Origin: Candidatus Uhrbacteria bacterium
GTDB lineage: Bacteria > Patescibacteriota > Patescibacteriia > UBA9934 > UBA10169
Assembly: GCA_016187485.1 (NCBI GenBank)
Contig: JACPJO010000003.1
Coordinates: 25,587-89,586, forward strand
DNA length: 64,000 nucleotides
Direction: 5' to 3'
Positions within the stretch are counted from its first letter, which is position 1. Every line of letters begins with the position of its first letter. Below, one piece after another: positions 17,479-26,933 of the stretch. Below the pieces are notes generated by a model. The model saw nothing but the letters and a program-made list of their open reading frames with translations. It did no database searches and was not told the DNA's origin. A program made the position numbers and the translations under genes.

Positions 17479-20250
17479 ATGCGCGCGTGGATCAAACACG
17501 CCATTTCGGTTTTGGGAAGGAAAAAAATCTTGCCGCTTGTTTTGTTTTTTTTGCTCGTCCCCGCATTTGCGTTTGCGGCGGATACGGAAATTCCCGACGG
17601 CATCGAATCTTTTTTGCTTGTGATCGGCGGGCTCATGCTTCACGTGGTGAACGCGATGGGGAAACTCATCTCTACACTCATGGAGCTCGTGATTGTTCCT
17701 ATCATGCAGTACGACGGGTTTGCGTCGAGTAAGGTGATCGGCGCTGGGTGGGGAGTGGTGCGCGACATCATGAACATGGGGTTCATCGTGGCACTGCTCA
17801 TTATCGCCATGGTGACGATATTTGGCGGGCAAGTAGGATCATGGTCGGTGAAGTGGCAGCAGCAGATTCCGCGGCTTCTCCTTTTCGCTATCCTTATCAA
17901 CTTCAGCCGTCTTATTTGCAGCCTGCTTATTGATATTGGGCAGGTGTTCATGCTCACGTTCGCCAACGCCGTCAAAGACATCGCCGGTGGGAATATTATC
18001 CAACTCTTTGGTTTGCCGGATATTGTCAGCTTTGATACCGACAAAATCGCCAAACTCTTGGAAAAGGATCCAAACGGGCAGGGAGTGGATCCCTTTGGGC
18101 TTTTCGCTTCGGCATTTTTGGCGCTCATCATGATGCTTGTTGTGCTTGGCACCATGATTATTCTTACCGTCGTTCTTATCTACCGCATCGTAATGCTTTG
18201 GATTTTGGTTGTTCTCTCGCCGCTCGCATTTTTCTTTGGTGGCGCTAAAGGACTTTTTGGTAGCAAGGTGAAACCCTATGAAGACTGGTGGGCGAAGTTC
18301 ACAGGCTCTGTGGCCGTCGGTCCCGTGCTCATTTTCTTCTTATGGCTCACGCTTTCGGTAGCGGGAAGCGGTAATATTGCAGCGTCGGAAGAGTTCCCCG
18401 TGGGCACATCCGCACGGACAGATTTTGATGCAAGCGGTCCAAACGGCAACCAATTTTTGATCCGCATCGGCGAACCTGGACGACTTTTAAGCTTCATTAT
18501 CGGCATTGGCATGATGTATGCGGGTTTTGAAGCAGCCACGAGTTTTGCCGGCGCGCTTCCGGGCGCCGCATCCAAATTGGTATCGGGCGGCGTGCGCGGC
18601 GCGCTTGGCATTGGGGCGGGAGCGACGGCGGGCGCTGCTTTGTTGGCCGGACGCGGCGCGCTCAAGGCGGGCGCGCTTGGTGCGCGTGGCGCCGCAGCTG
18701 TTGGGGGTGCAGGTTTTGGGTTTCTGGCAAAAACAGGTGGAGGTCAAGCGGTTCAAAGCGCTGTGGCGGGAGCGGCTCGTGGGCTTGGAGGCGCGCTTCA
18801 GGGAACGGGTGCTCTTGGTGCGGCGTTGGGGCTTCGTGCTCTTGGACGCAAGGCAACGCGTACGGGCACCGAGCTTGAGGAGAACCGCCGTACCGCTCTT
18901 GCGGAGCGCGTGAAGAAAGAGGGCGAGGACGTTAAGGAATACACAAAGGATGAAATTGACGCGAACTTGAAGTCGAAAGCACTGACACCAGACGGCGTGG
19001 CGCGTCAGCAGGCTATGCGCTATCGCGTGCTTACGGACGACAAACTGCGTAAAGAGTACGACCAGGAAGATCTCCAGAAGATGGTGGGCGAGTTTGAAAA
19101 AGCCGGAGGCGAGGAAATGCTTCATGGCGACCACGACATGGAGAAGAAGTACAAGGATGCGTTGAAGAAGCGGCCGGACTTGATTGGCGATCCGGCGAAA
19201 CGCGAAAAGGTGATTGGCGAACTGGATGAGACAGAGATCTTGGGACTCGACGCCGACGCGTATAAAGACGGTGCTGTGCAATCTCGCCTCAAGGAGATGA
19301 AGTGGTACGACCGCGGAGCCAATAAAGAAATCTCTATGTACGATCGCATCAAGGGCGGTCGTGGCGGCGTGAAGAAATCTCTCCAGAAGGCTTTGGAGGA
19401 AGCCGAATCCGGGAAAACACTTGATGCCACAAAGATTTCGGACGATGGAACCCGTGCGCTTCCGGAATCCAAACAGACGGAAGCAAACTTGGCAGAACTG
19501 GCGAGACAAGACAAGAATGATGCGCGGCCACTTGGGAAGCTCACCAGTCTGGTGGAATCGCCTAATTTCCAGATTCAGCGCCTTGATGTTGGTCTGTTGA
19601 ACGATCCCAAAGCGGCAGCAGCGCTTGCCGCAGCAACCCCGCAAGCGCTCTCGCGTTTAGCGCAGCACCCCGAACAGTCCTCCGCATTCCAGGCGGGTCT
19701 TGCCGAGGCACTGGCGGATCCGGCGGTCGCAGGCAAAACGAAAGGTCAAATGCGCGAGGCGATGCTCATGAGCGCGGGCGACAGCAGCAAACTGCACGAA
19801 TCGTTTGGCTACAACCAAACAACAAACACTGTTTCGACAGAAGGAGCCGCGGCACTCAAGTCAGCGCTCAAAGCACGTCCCGAACTTGCCATTAAATTTG
19901 GCGGGGATATCACGGTGAAAAACGGGTTTGGGAAAGCAATCGCGGCCAACATCGACATTAATCAGCTAAGCCAGGCATACCGTTCTGCCGACGCGACGCA
20001 GAAAGACGACTACGCGAAGGTCTTTGAAAATCTCGGCGATCTTCTTGACGATCGTACGATGGAACTTGAGCGCACGGTGGAGGATCGTACACTGGTGAGC
20101 AAGATAGCTATCCAGAATCAACTTGCAGGAATTTCGCTCTCGGACGGAGAGCGCGCGGCGATTGATGCTCTGCATGCAACAGAAAAAGAGTTAGCCGCTA
20201 TCAAGCGCAACATGGATAATTTCCGCCGCCTCAACCCCAATAGTACCTAA
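17479..20250 (+). CDS. VirB6/TrbL-like polytopic membrane protein with Gly/Ala-rich segment and long C-terminal coiled-coil domain
   Basis: 923 aa. Signal peptide (LVPAFAFAAD), at least 6 TM helices in the first about 330 aa, GAGA-rich linker, then about 450 aa of charged coiled-coil-like sequence. Sits at the head of a VirB3/VirB4 cluster. Confidence 0.5.
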   Translation: MRAWIKHAISVLGRKKILPLVLFFLLVPAFAFAADTEIPDGIESFLLVIGGLMLHVVNAMGKLISTLMELVIVPIMQYDGFASSKVIGAGWGVVRDIMNMGFIVALLIIAMVTIFGGQVGSWSVKWQQQIPRLLLFAILINFSRLICSLLIDIGQVFMLTFANAVKDIAGGNIIQLFGLPDIVSFDTDKIAKLLEKDPNGQGVDPFGLFASAFLALIMMLVVLGTMIILTVVLIYRIVMLWILVVLSPLAFFFGGAKGLFGSKVKPYEDWWAKFTGSVAVGPVLIFFLWLTLSVAGSGNIAASEEFPVGTSARTDFDASGPNGNQFLIRIGEPGRLLSFIIGIGMMYAGFEAATSFAGALPGAASKLVSGGVRGALGIGAGATAGAALLAGRGALKAGALGARGAAAVGGAGFGFLAKTGGGQAVQSAVAGAARGLGGALQGTGALGAALGLRALGRKATRTGTELEENRRTALAERVKKEGEDVKEYTKDEIDANLKSKALTPDGVARQQAMRYRVLTDDKLRKEYDQEDLQKMVGEFEKAGGEEMLHGDHDMEKKYKDALKKRPDLIGDPAKREKVIGELDETEILGLDADAYKDGAVQSRLKEMKWYDRGANKEISMYDRIKGGRGGVKKSLQKALEEAESGKTLDATKISDDGTRALPESKQTEANLAELARQDKNDARPLGKLTSLVESPNFQIQRLDVGLLNDPKAAAALAAATPQALSRLAQHPEQSSAFQAGLAEALADPAVAGKTKGQMREAMLMSAGDSSKLHESFGYNQTTNTVSTEGAAALKSALKARPELAIKFGGDITVKNGFGKAIAANIDINQLSQAYRSADATQKDDYAKVFENLGDLLDDRTMELERTVEDRTLVSKIAIQNQLAGISLSDGERAAIDALHATEKELAAIKRNMDNFRRLNPNST

Positions 20251-20251
20251 C

Positions 20252-21766
20252 ATGGAGGACGTGTCTCCCGCCCAATCTGCCGCGTATCCAACGGAGGTCT
20301 ACGACATCTTAGCCGATGAGAGCTCTATCGATGTGATTCGCGCTATCATGCGCGACCATCATTTGGAAGAGAAAGCGTATGAGGTGCTTGCGCCAATTCA
20401 GCGTCTGATGGTAGAGGGGAAGTTGGAACCGAAAAATCTTTCGGCGCGTTTTGAGGAACGGCTGAAGCTTCCACCGGAGCAGGCGCGCGTCTTGGCTCAC
20501 GACGTCCTGCAAAAACTTCTACGTTCTCTTGCACCGTGGATCCCTGCGATTTCTTCTGCCATGAATGAAACGGGAGTCTCCCCGATCGTCCCTGCTCCCG
20601 TGCCGGACCTTCCCGTCCCGCTTACTCCCATGATGTTTGTGGAGCGTGAACTAGAGAAGTTTCACTTGGAGCTGCCGGAACCTCGCGTGCAGGACCGCTT
20701 TCGTACACTGCTTGCAAATTTTGTCGCCGGCTCCAAGCCGCGCGCAGAGGTAATGGACATGCTCACACGGGCACGAAAAGTGGGAGGGCTGGAGCTTGAT
20801 GCTGCAGCGTCTGAAGAACTCCTGCGCGGATTAGAAGAAGAGGCAAAAAATACCGTGATCGCCAAACCACTCAAGCCGGAAGTTCCTGTGCGTCTTCCCC
20901 CGCTTCCTCAACCCGCATCCGCTCCTGTCGCCCCGCAAAAAAAATTCGAGGCAGAAACGATAAAACCCGAAGATCAATCGGAAGTGGAAGCGCACAAAGG
21001 ACGTATCCCGACTCACCCCCCTCTGCACAACATAGACGAAGCGATGGCAGAGGTTGTGAAAGTTGCAAAGGCGCTTGCCTTGTCCGAAAAAGAGGCACGT
21101 CAGTTTTCGCACATTGCGGATACGCGTTTGAAAGATGTGCGGGATGCCTACGCAACGCGGCGTGCGCTTGAAGATGAACCGGTCTTTGGTGGTCTCGGAC
21201 TTTCTGGCACCCGCCTCTCGCAAGCCTTAGAAATTATTGAGGGGGCTTACAGCCGGCTTGAACAGTCTGCACACGAGACGCTGCGCCAGCAACGTGATGC
21301 GTACATCCGCGCGCGTCAGGAAAAACACCTCAAGCCGGAAATACCGGAACCAGATTCTTCGTCTCTACCCGCACCCGTTCCCTCGTCGCCTCCGCCACAT
21401 GCTTCGCGCGGGCGCGTGCAAGATGTTGCCCCGCCTCGGCGTTTGTCCGGACCACTGGAAGAGCTTGCCACGATGGGGCTAGCCGATTTCCGCCGGTTGG
21501 GCGCAAATGAAAGAGAATCCTCCGACCGCATTGTTCAGATGTTGGAACTTCTCGGCGAAGAGTCCTACGGGAAACGTCTAGCGGGACTTCAGGCTTGGCG
21601 TAAGAGTCCACTTACCGCCCAATACATTTCCCTCCTCACGCAGGCTCTGCGTGACCACAAGTCCGTGGCAGACATTCTGGCGGTTCATCGTAAAGTAGGG
21701 GAGGATACCCTCTCGCTTGGGGAGTTTCAAGCGCTGGTTCTCCTCAACGGAAGACTGAAGATTTGA
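20252..21766 (+). CDS. hypothetical soluble protein (504 aa) with Pro-rich linkers
   Basis: Tightly packed (2-nt gap) after the VirB6-like gene. No recognisable family. Confidence 0.45.
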   Translation: MEDVSPAQSAAYPTEVYDILADESSIDVIRAIMRDHHLEEKAYEVLAPIQRLMVEGKLEPKNLSARFEERLKLPPEQARVLAHDVLQKLLRSLAPWIPAISSAMNETGVSPIVPAPVPDLPVPLTPMMFVERELEKFHLELPEPRVQDRFRTLLANFVAGSKPRAEVMDMLTRARKVGGLELDAAASEELLRGLEEEAKNTVIAKPLKPEVPVRLPPLPQPASAPVAPQKKFEAETIKPEDQSEVEAHKGRIPTHPPLHNIDEAMAEVVKVAKALALSEKEARQFSHIADTRLKDVRDAYATRRALEDEPVFGGLGLSGTRLSQALEIIEGAYSRLEQSAHETLRQQRDAYIRARQEKHLKPEIPEPDSSSLPAPVPSSPPPHASRGRVQDVAPPRRLSGPLEELATMGLADFRRLGANERESSDRIVQMLELLGEESYGKRLAGLQAWRKSPLTAQYISLLTQALRDHKSVADILAVHRKVGEDTLSLGEFQALVLLNGRLKI

Positions 21767-21778
21767 TATACTCGACCT

Positions 21779-22234
21779 GTGCAGTCCCAATTTACTGTTC
21801 CACAATTCATAGATGCCGAGGATAAAATTATCGGACCGATCACGGTTCGGCAGTTTGTCATCCTGCTTGTGGCGGGACTCTTAGCCACGCTCTTTTATCG
21901 CCTCTTTGATTTCTCCTTATTCCTCTTGATAGCGGTACCCCTTCTTATGTTTTCGGGACTTCTTGCGTTCATGAAAGTAAACGGCGTACCGGTGCATTTT
22001 TTCATCTTGAACGTTATTCAGACGTTTCGCCGTCCGGCGCGTCGCGTATGGGATAAATCCCTTACAGACGCCCAACTGAAAGAGCGCATGCACGCAGAAG
22101 TAGTTGTCGCGTTACCGGAAACTCCGCGAAAAGCGCCGCTCAATAGCTCGCGTATCGCGGACCTGTCGCTTATTGTAAACACGGGTGGTGTGTACAACCC
22201 TGACGAAGATACGGTGTATGGCTCGCAAAAATGA
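21779..22234 (+). CDS. PrgI/VirB3-like small two-TM protein
   Basis: N-terminus FTVPQFIDAEDKIIGPITVRQFVILLVAGLLAT resembles the PrgI-family start (IPKD...GLTxRQ) followed by two TM helices. Position immediately upstream of VirB4. Confidence 0.5.
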   Translation: MQSQFTVPQFIDAEDKIIGPITVRQFVILLVAGLLATLFYRLFDFSLFLLIAVPLLMFSGLLAFMKVNGVPVHFFILNVIQTFRRPARRVWDKSLTDAQLKERMHAEVVVALPETPRKAPLNSSRIADLSLIVNTGGVYNPDEDTVYGSQK

Positions 22235-22916
22235 TCCGCAAAAACAAAAGAAGGCTAAGCCGGGATTGCCGACCCAGCGGTATCTTGATATCGCGGAGGT
22301 TCGGGAAGACAGTGTGGTGCTGAAAGACGGAACGATGCGTGCCGTGCTTATGGTCTCGAGCATTAACTTTGCGCTCAAAAGCGAGGACGAGCAGACCGCG
22401 ATTATCCAGAGCTATATGGCATTTTTGAACGCGCTTGAATACCCCATTCAAGTCGTCATCCAGTCGCGCAAGATGAATATTGATCGTTATCTGAAGACGC
22501 TTGCGAGTGCTGAGCGCACGACGCAAAACGATGCGCTACGCAATCAAATCACCGATTACCGTGCCTTTGTGCGCGAGCTGGTGAGTCTTGGCGAGATCAT
22601 GGAGAAGCGTTTTTACGTCGTCGTCCCTTATGACCCACACACGGACAAAGGAAAGGGATTTTTCCGCCGCTTGAAGGAATCGCTCTCTCCCTCCACCGTA
22701 CTTCGTCTCAAAGCCAAGCAATTTGCAGACCGGTTGGAGCAACTCAATCGCCGTGTCTCTATTATCCAGGGGGCACTGCAGAGCATGTCGCTTAGTAGCG
22801 CGCGTCTGGACACACAGGGACTCATAGAACTCTACTACATTGCGTACAACCCTGACGTGTTTGAGCAAGAGCGTATGACGGATATTTCTAAACTGCGCGT
22901 GGAAGAAAACTTTTAG
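22218..22916 (+). CDS. VirB4/TrbE N-terminal-domain-like protein (separate cistron)
   Basis: LDIAEVREDSVVLKDGTMRAVLMVSSINFALKSEDEQ matches the CagE/TrbE/VirB4 N-terminal pattern (KDGSL...F.L.G.D..S.SEEE). Start chosen at MARKNDPQ, overlapping the preceding gene by 17 nt. Stop TAG lies 2 nt before the ATG of the ATPase ORF. Confidence 0.5.
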   Translation: MARKNDPQKQKKAKPGLPTQRYLDIAEVREDSVVLKDGTMRAVLMVSSINFALKSEDEQTAIIQSYMAFLNALEYPIQVVIQSRKMNIDRYLKTLASAERTTQNDALRNQITDYRAFVRELVSLGEIMEKRFYVVVPYDPHTDKGKGFFRRLKESLSPSTVLRLKAKQFADRLEQLNRRVSIIQGALQSMSLSSARLDTQGLIELYYIAYNPDVFEQERMTDISKLRVEENF

Positions 22917-22918
22917 TT

Positions 22919-24895
22919 ATGGCTTTTGACGTTTCACAATTAAAACGCGATGCGACTTCGAGCGCGCCACAGGCGGCGCCGACGCTTTCGGATAAAGAAA
23001 TCCAAGAACAGGAGACGACACAACTTATTGAAGAGGAGCGCATTTATGCGCGCGGCACGGCGGCGGTGCGCGACCTCATTGCGCCCGCGGCGTTTGAAGT
23101 GAACCCGCGCTTTCTTCTGCTTTCAGGCGTGTATGTGCGCACGATCTTCATTGTCAATTATCCGCGGTACGTGTCGGTGGGGTGGTCGGCGTCTATCATC
23201 AACATGAACAAGACGTTTGACGTCGGCATGTTCTTCTATCCCGTGAAGGCCTCCATTATTCTCAAGCAATTGCAGAAGAAAGTCGGCGTGCTTGAAGCGG
23301 GAATTGCGGGCGATCACGAAAAAGGCAAGCCGCGCGATCCTATTAAGGAAACGGCACTTCGCGACATTGAACAATTGCGCGACGACCTCACACAAGGTAT
23401 TGAGCACTTTTTCCAGTTTGCTTTCTATCTGACTATCTATGCCAAGACCGAAGACGATCTGGACCGGCTAAGCGGGGAGATTGAGTCTGAGTTTGGCGGG
23501 AAGCTCATCTTCAGCAAAAAAGGTTTTTATCAGTCCGAGCAGGGATTCAACTCTACGCTCCCGCTTGGCAATGACGAACTCCTCATTACGTTTAACATGA
23601 ACACCTCGCCTATCGCGAGTTCATTCCCGTTCATTTCTGCCGATCTCACTTCCGACAACGGTATTCTCTATGGCGTAAATCGGCACAACAACAGTTTGAT
23701 TATCTTCGATCGGTTCAGCCTGCAAAACGCGAACTCTGTGGTCTTTGCTACGTCGGGTGCGGGGAAAAGTTATGCCATTAAACTGGAGATCATCCGCTCG
23801 CTGATGCTTGGCACGGAAGTGATTGTGATTGACCCGGAGATGGAATACAAAACGCTCTCCGAAGCGGTGGGCGGAACATATGTAAACATCTCGCTTTCGT
23901 CAGAGGCGAAAGTCAATCCTTTTGACCTCCCGCGTCCCAAAGGAGAGGAGGCCGATGTTGACGACATTATCCGTTCGGCGGTCATTACGCTTAAGGGATT
24001 GCTCCGTATCATGATTGGTCAACCGATCGGGGGGAGCTCGGTGATTGGCTTTACCCCGCAGGAAGATTCTATTTTGGATCGAGCGCTCATTGAAACGTAC
24101 GCCAAGAAAGACATTACGGCAGAGACGCGAGACCTTACGGGGCTTGAAATGCCCATCATGCAGGACTTGATTGATATACTTGCGGGCATGGAGGGGGCGG
24201 GGAATTTGGTGGAGCGGCTGGAAAAGTACGCAACGGGCACCTTCTCAGGACTCCTCAATTCTCCAACCACAGTGGAAATGAACAACCAGTTGGTGGTCTA
24301 TTCCGTGCGTGATTTGGAGGATGAACTGCGCCCCACGGCGGTGTATACCATCGTGAACCACATTTGGAACGTGGTGAGGTCGGAACGCAAAAAGCGCCTA
24401 TTGGTGATCGATGAAGCCTGGTGGCTCATGCAACATGATGATTCGGCGAAATTCATTTTCGCACTTGTGAAGCGTGCGCGCAAATACTATTTGGGCGTCA
24501 CGACGATCACACAGGATGTGAATGACTTTTTGCGCTCGCCCTACGGACAGGCGATCGTGACGAACTCGTCGCTCCAACTTCTTATGAAGCAATCCCCGGC
24601 GGGGGTAGAATTAGTGAAAGAGACTTTTCACTTAACGGACAACGAAAAATATCTTCTTCTGGAGGCTGGCGTGGGAGAGGGGATTCTTTTCGCGGGAAGC
24701 AAGCATGCGGCGATTAAAGTCGTTGCCTCGTATAACGAAGATCGTATTATTACAACGAACCCCGAACAACTGCTGCGTATAGAGGAAGAGCGGGCAAAGG
24801 CGGCGGCAGAGAACGCTCCAACGGAGACTGGAGGAAGGCCGGATATTCGCACGCAAGCGGCGGCGGCGCTTGAGGCGCCCGAAAATCTTGTATGA
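22919..24895 (+). CDS. VirB4/TrbE/PrgJ-family type IV secretion ATPase (C-terminal two-thirds)
   Basis: Walker A ATSGAGKS, Walker B LLVIDEAWW, and an upstream segment GVYVRTIFIVNYPRYVSVGW typical of VirB4. 658 aa, with Walker A at about residue 270; this suggests the N-terminal domain is supplied by the upstream ORF. Confidence 0.8.
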   Translation: MAFDVSQLKRDATSSAPQAAPTLSDKEIQEQETTQLIEEERIYARGTAAVRDLIAPAAFEVNPRFLLLSGVYVRTIFIVNYPRYVSVGWSASIINMNKTFDVGMFFYPVKASIILKQLQKKVGVLEAGIAGDHEKGKPRDPIKETALRDIEQLRDDLTQGIEHFFQFAFYLTIYAKTEDDLDRLSGEIESEFGGKLIFSKKGFYQSEQGFNSTLPLGNDELLITFNMNTSPIASSFPFISADLTSDNGILYGVNRHNNSLIIFDRFSLQNANSVVFATSGAGKSYAIKLEIIRSLMLGTEVIVIDPEMEYKTLSEAVGGTYVNISLSSEAKVNPFDLPRPKGEEADVDDIIRSAVITLKGLLRIMIGQPIGGSSVIGFTPQEDSILDRALIETYAKKDITAETRDLTGLEMPIMQDLIDILAGMEGAGNLVERLEKYATGTFSGLLNSPTTVEMNNQLVVYSVRDLEDELRPTAVYTIVNHIWNVVRSERKKRLLVIDEAWWLMQHDDSAKFIFALVKRARKYYLGVTTITQDVNDFLRSPYGQAIVTNSSLQLLMKQSPAGVELVKETFHLTDNEKYLLLEAGVGEGILFAGSKHAAIKVVASYNEDRIITTNPEQLLRIEEERAKAAAENAPTETGGRPDIRTQAAAALEAPENLV

Positions 24896-25446
24896 GCAGA
24901 CGAACAAAAATCACTGTCCTCTTACTGGTTCTTTTGCTTGCGCTTCTTTTGTGGTGGCTTTTGCGTCGCAAGGAAGAGATAGTGACGCCGGTACAAAACC
25001 AGCCAGCGGCAGAAGAGCAAGCCACGCCAACAAAGACATCTCTCGTCGCGCCGCTTGTGGTGCGTGAAAGCGCTAGCGAAGAAGAAGCGGGAGCGGTGGC
25101 GGTGGCGCGCATGTTTGCCGAACGTTATACAAGCTTTTCGTCTGAGAGCGATTTTGCCAACGTGCGTGATCTCTTTCCGCTCATGACCGCGTCTCTTTTG
25201 GCAAAAGAAGAAGCGCGTATACATGCGGCAGGCACAGAGGGCGCGTATCTGGGCATCACGTCGTCCGTCGTTACCATTGCAACAGTGGAGATGGATGAAG
25301 CACGGGCGGTGGTGGATGTTGGTCTACAACGACAAATAACACAGGGAGAAGAACGCGTACGCGAGACCCGCTACGAGACGCTGCGCCTTACGCTTATACA
25401 AGAAGAAGGGGAGTGGTTGGTGTCCGTGGCGGCGTGGCTCAAATAG
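24892..25446 (+). CDS. hypothetical membrane-anchored protein (184 aa)
   Basis: ATGA overlap with the VirB4 stop. N-terminal TM ITVLLLVLLLALLLWWLL. Confidence 0.5.
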   Translation: MSRRTKITVLLLVLLLALLLWWLLRRKEEIVTPVQNQPAAEEQATPTKTSLVAPLVVRESASEEEAGAVAVARMFAERYTSFSSESDFANVRDLFPLMTASLLAKEEARIHAAGTEGAYLGITSSVVTIATVEMDEARAVVDVGLQRQITQGEERVRETRYETLRLTLIQEEGEWLVSVAAWLK

Positions 25447-25452
25447 ACTCCT

Positions 25453-26124
25453 ATGTGGCAATGGTTTCTTGAGGGGTTGTTTCCGCGTCTGTGCGTGCGC
25501 TGTGGCAAGGAGGGAGCCGATGTATGCCCGACGTGCTTTGCTACGGTTTTTGAAAATGCGCCGCGGTTGGCGTGCCCCGTGTGCAACACATACTCCTCGA
25601 TTGGTGCGCGGTGTGGTTCGTGCAAAGGGGCCCTCGACGGGCTTTTATTTTGTGCATCCTACGCGGATCCTGTGGTGCGCGGTCTTATTGAGCGCTGGAA
25701 GTTTTCGTTTGCGCGCACCGTTGAAGAATCTCTGGCACAACTTTTTTCGCGTGCCCCACTGGATCGAGCGCTGGCCGGTGACGACTGGGTAGTGGTTCCT
25801 ATTCCGCTCCACGCAAAACGCAAACGCTGGCGCGGGTTCAATCAAGCAGAGTGGGTGGCACGACAGGTGGGGACGCGTCTGCGGCTTCCCGTGGTTCAGG
25901 CGCTTGCGCGCACGCGTGCGACAACGCAACAAGCACGCCGCTCCGCTGAACAAAAAAAGAGAGGGGACCTCTCTGGCGTATTTGAGGCCGCACAACCCGT
26001 CACCGGCCGGGTGATTCTCTGTGATGATGTTTACACCTCTGGCGCCACGATGGAAGCTGCTGCCTCGGCCCTCAAACAGGCCGGCGCTACATCCGTCTGG
26101 GGTGTCGCCATTGCACGGAGTTAG
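25453..26124 (+). CDS. comFC: ComF-family protein (double zinc-ribbon plus phosphoribosyltransferase domain)
   Basis: CxxC...CxxC pairs at the N-terminus, then RGFNQ and ILCDDVYTSGATM PRTase motifs. Confidence 0.8.
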   Translation: MWQWFLEGLFPRLCVRCGKEGADVCPTCFATVFENAPRLACPVCNTYSSIGARCGSCKGALDGLLFCASYADPVVRGLIERWKFSFARTVEESLAQLFSRAPLDRALAGDDWVVVPIPLHAKRKRWRGFNQAEWVARQVGTRLRLPVVQALARTRATTQQARRSAEQKKRGDLSGVFEAAQPVTGRVILCDDVYTSGATMEAAASALKQAGATSVWGVAIARS

Positions 26125-26169
26125 GTAGCGTTGATCCATTATCGAAATCCTGATAGAGTGCCCGCGCGT

Positions 26170-26232
26170 GGAGAGGTGCCCGAGCGGCTGCCCGCCAAAG
26201 GCGGGTCCGCCTCTGGCGGAAAGGGAGCAGTT
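26170..26232 (+). repeat. duplicated 5' fragment of tRNA-Ser(GCU) (33 nt) interrupted by a 30-nt twin-hairpin insert in the D-loop
   Basis: GGAGAGGTGCCCGAGCGGCTG plus AAGGGAGCAGTT is identical to the 5' end of the intact tRNA at 26490. The insert CCCGCCAAAGGCGGGTCCGCCTCTGGCGGA splits it. Confidence 0.7.
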
Positions 26233-26489
26233 ATATGCCCATCGTCTACGTCCTATTAAGCGATAAAACAGGCAGGCATTATACGGGGTCTTCTCGTGAC
26301 GATAACGTGGACGGTCGTCTCAAGAGGCATAATACTGGCCTTGTTCAATCCACAAAGCATGGTAGGCCTTGGCGTGTTGTACTCACGCAGATGTACGATA
26401 CGTACCGTGAGGCAAGAAAGCAGGAATTGTTTCTCAAATCTGGTGTGGGTCGTGAGAAATTGAGAGAGTTCTTTAATGATCCAAAACAC

Positions 26490-26787
<298 letters not shown>

Positions 26788-26875
26788 GGAGAGGTGGCCG
26801 AGTGGTTGAAGGCACCGGTCTTGAAAACCGGCAGACCGAAAGGTCTCGTGAGTTCGAATCTCACCCTCTCCGCCA
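26788..26875 (+). tRNA. tRNA-Ser (anticodon UGA), type II, CCA encoded
   Basis: Acceptor GGAGAGG/CCUCUCC, anticodon stem CCGGU/ACCGG with loop CUUGAAA, variable arm CAGACCGAAAGGUCUC, T arm GUGAG-UUCGAAU-CUCAC. Confidence 0.85.
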
Positions 26876-26933
26876 AGTTTTACATTCAGAGTGGTCTCGA
26901 CAGCCGTTACTAGTAGTGTCTTAAGGACTACCT

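Noticed and set aside
22185-24895. Merging 22185-22916 and 22919-24895 into one frameshifted VirB4 pseudogene
   Set aside because: The stop plus 2 nt plus ATG arrangement, and an in-frame start for the second ORF, are equally compatible with two coupled cistrons. Kept as two CDS with the ambiguity flagged.
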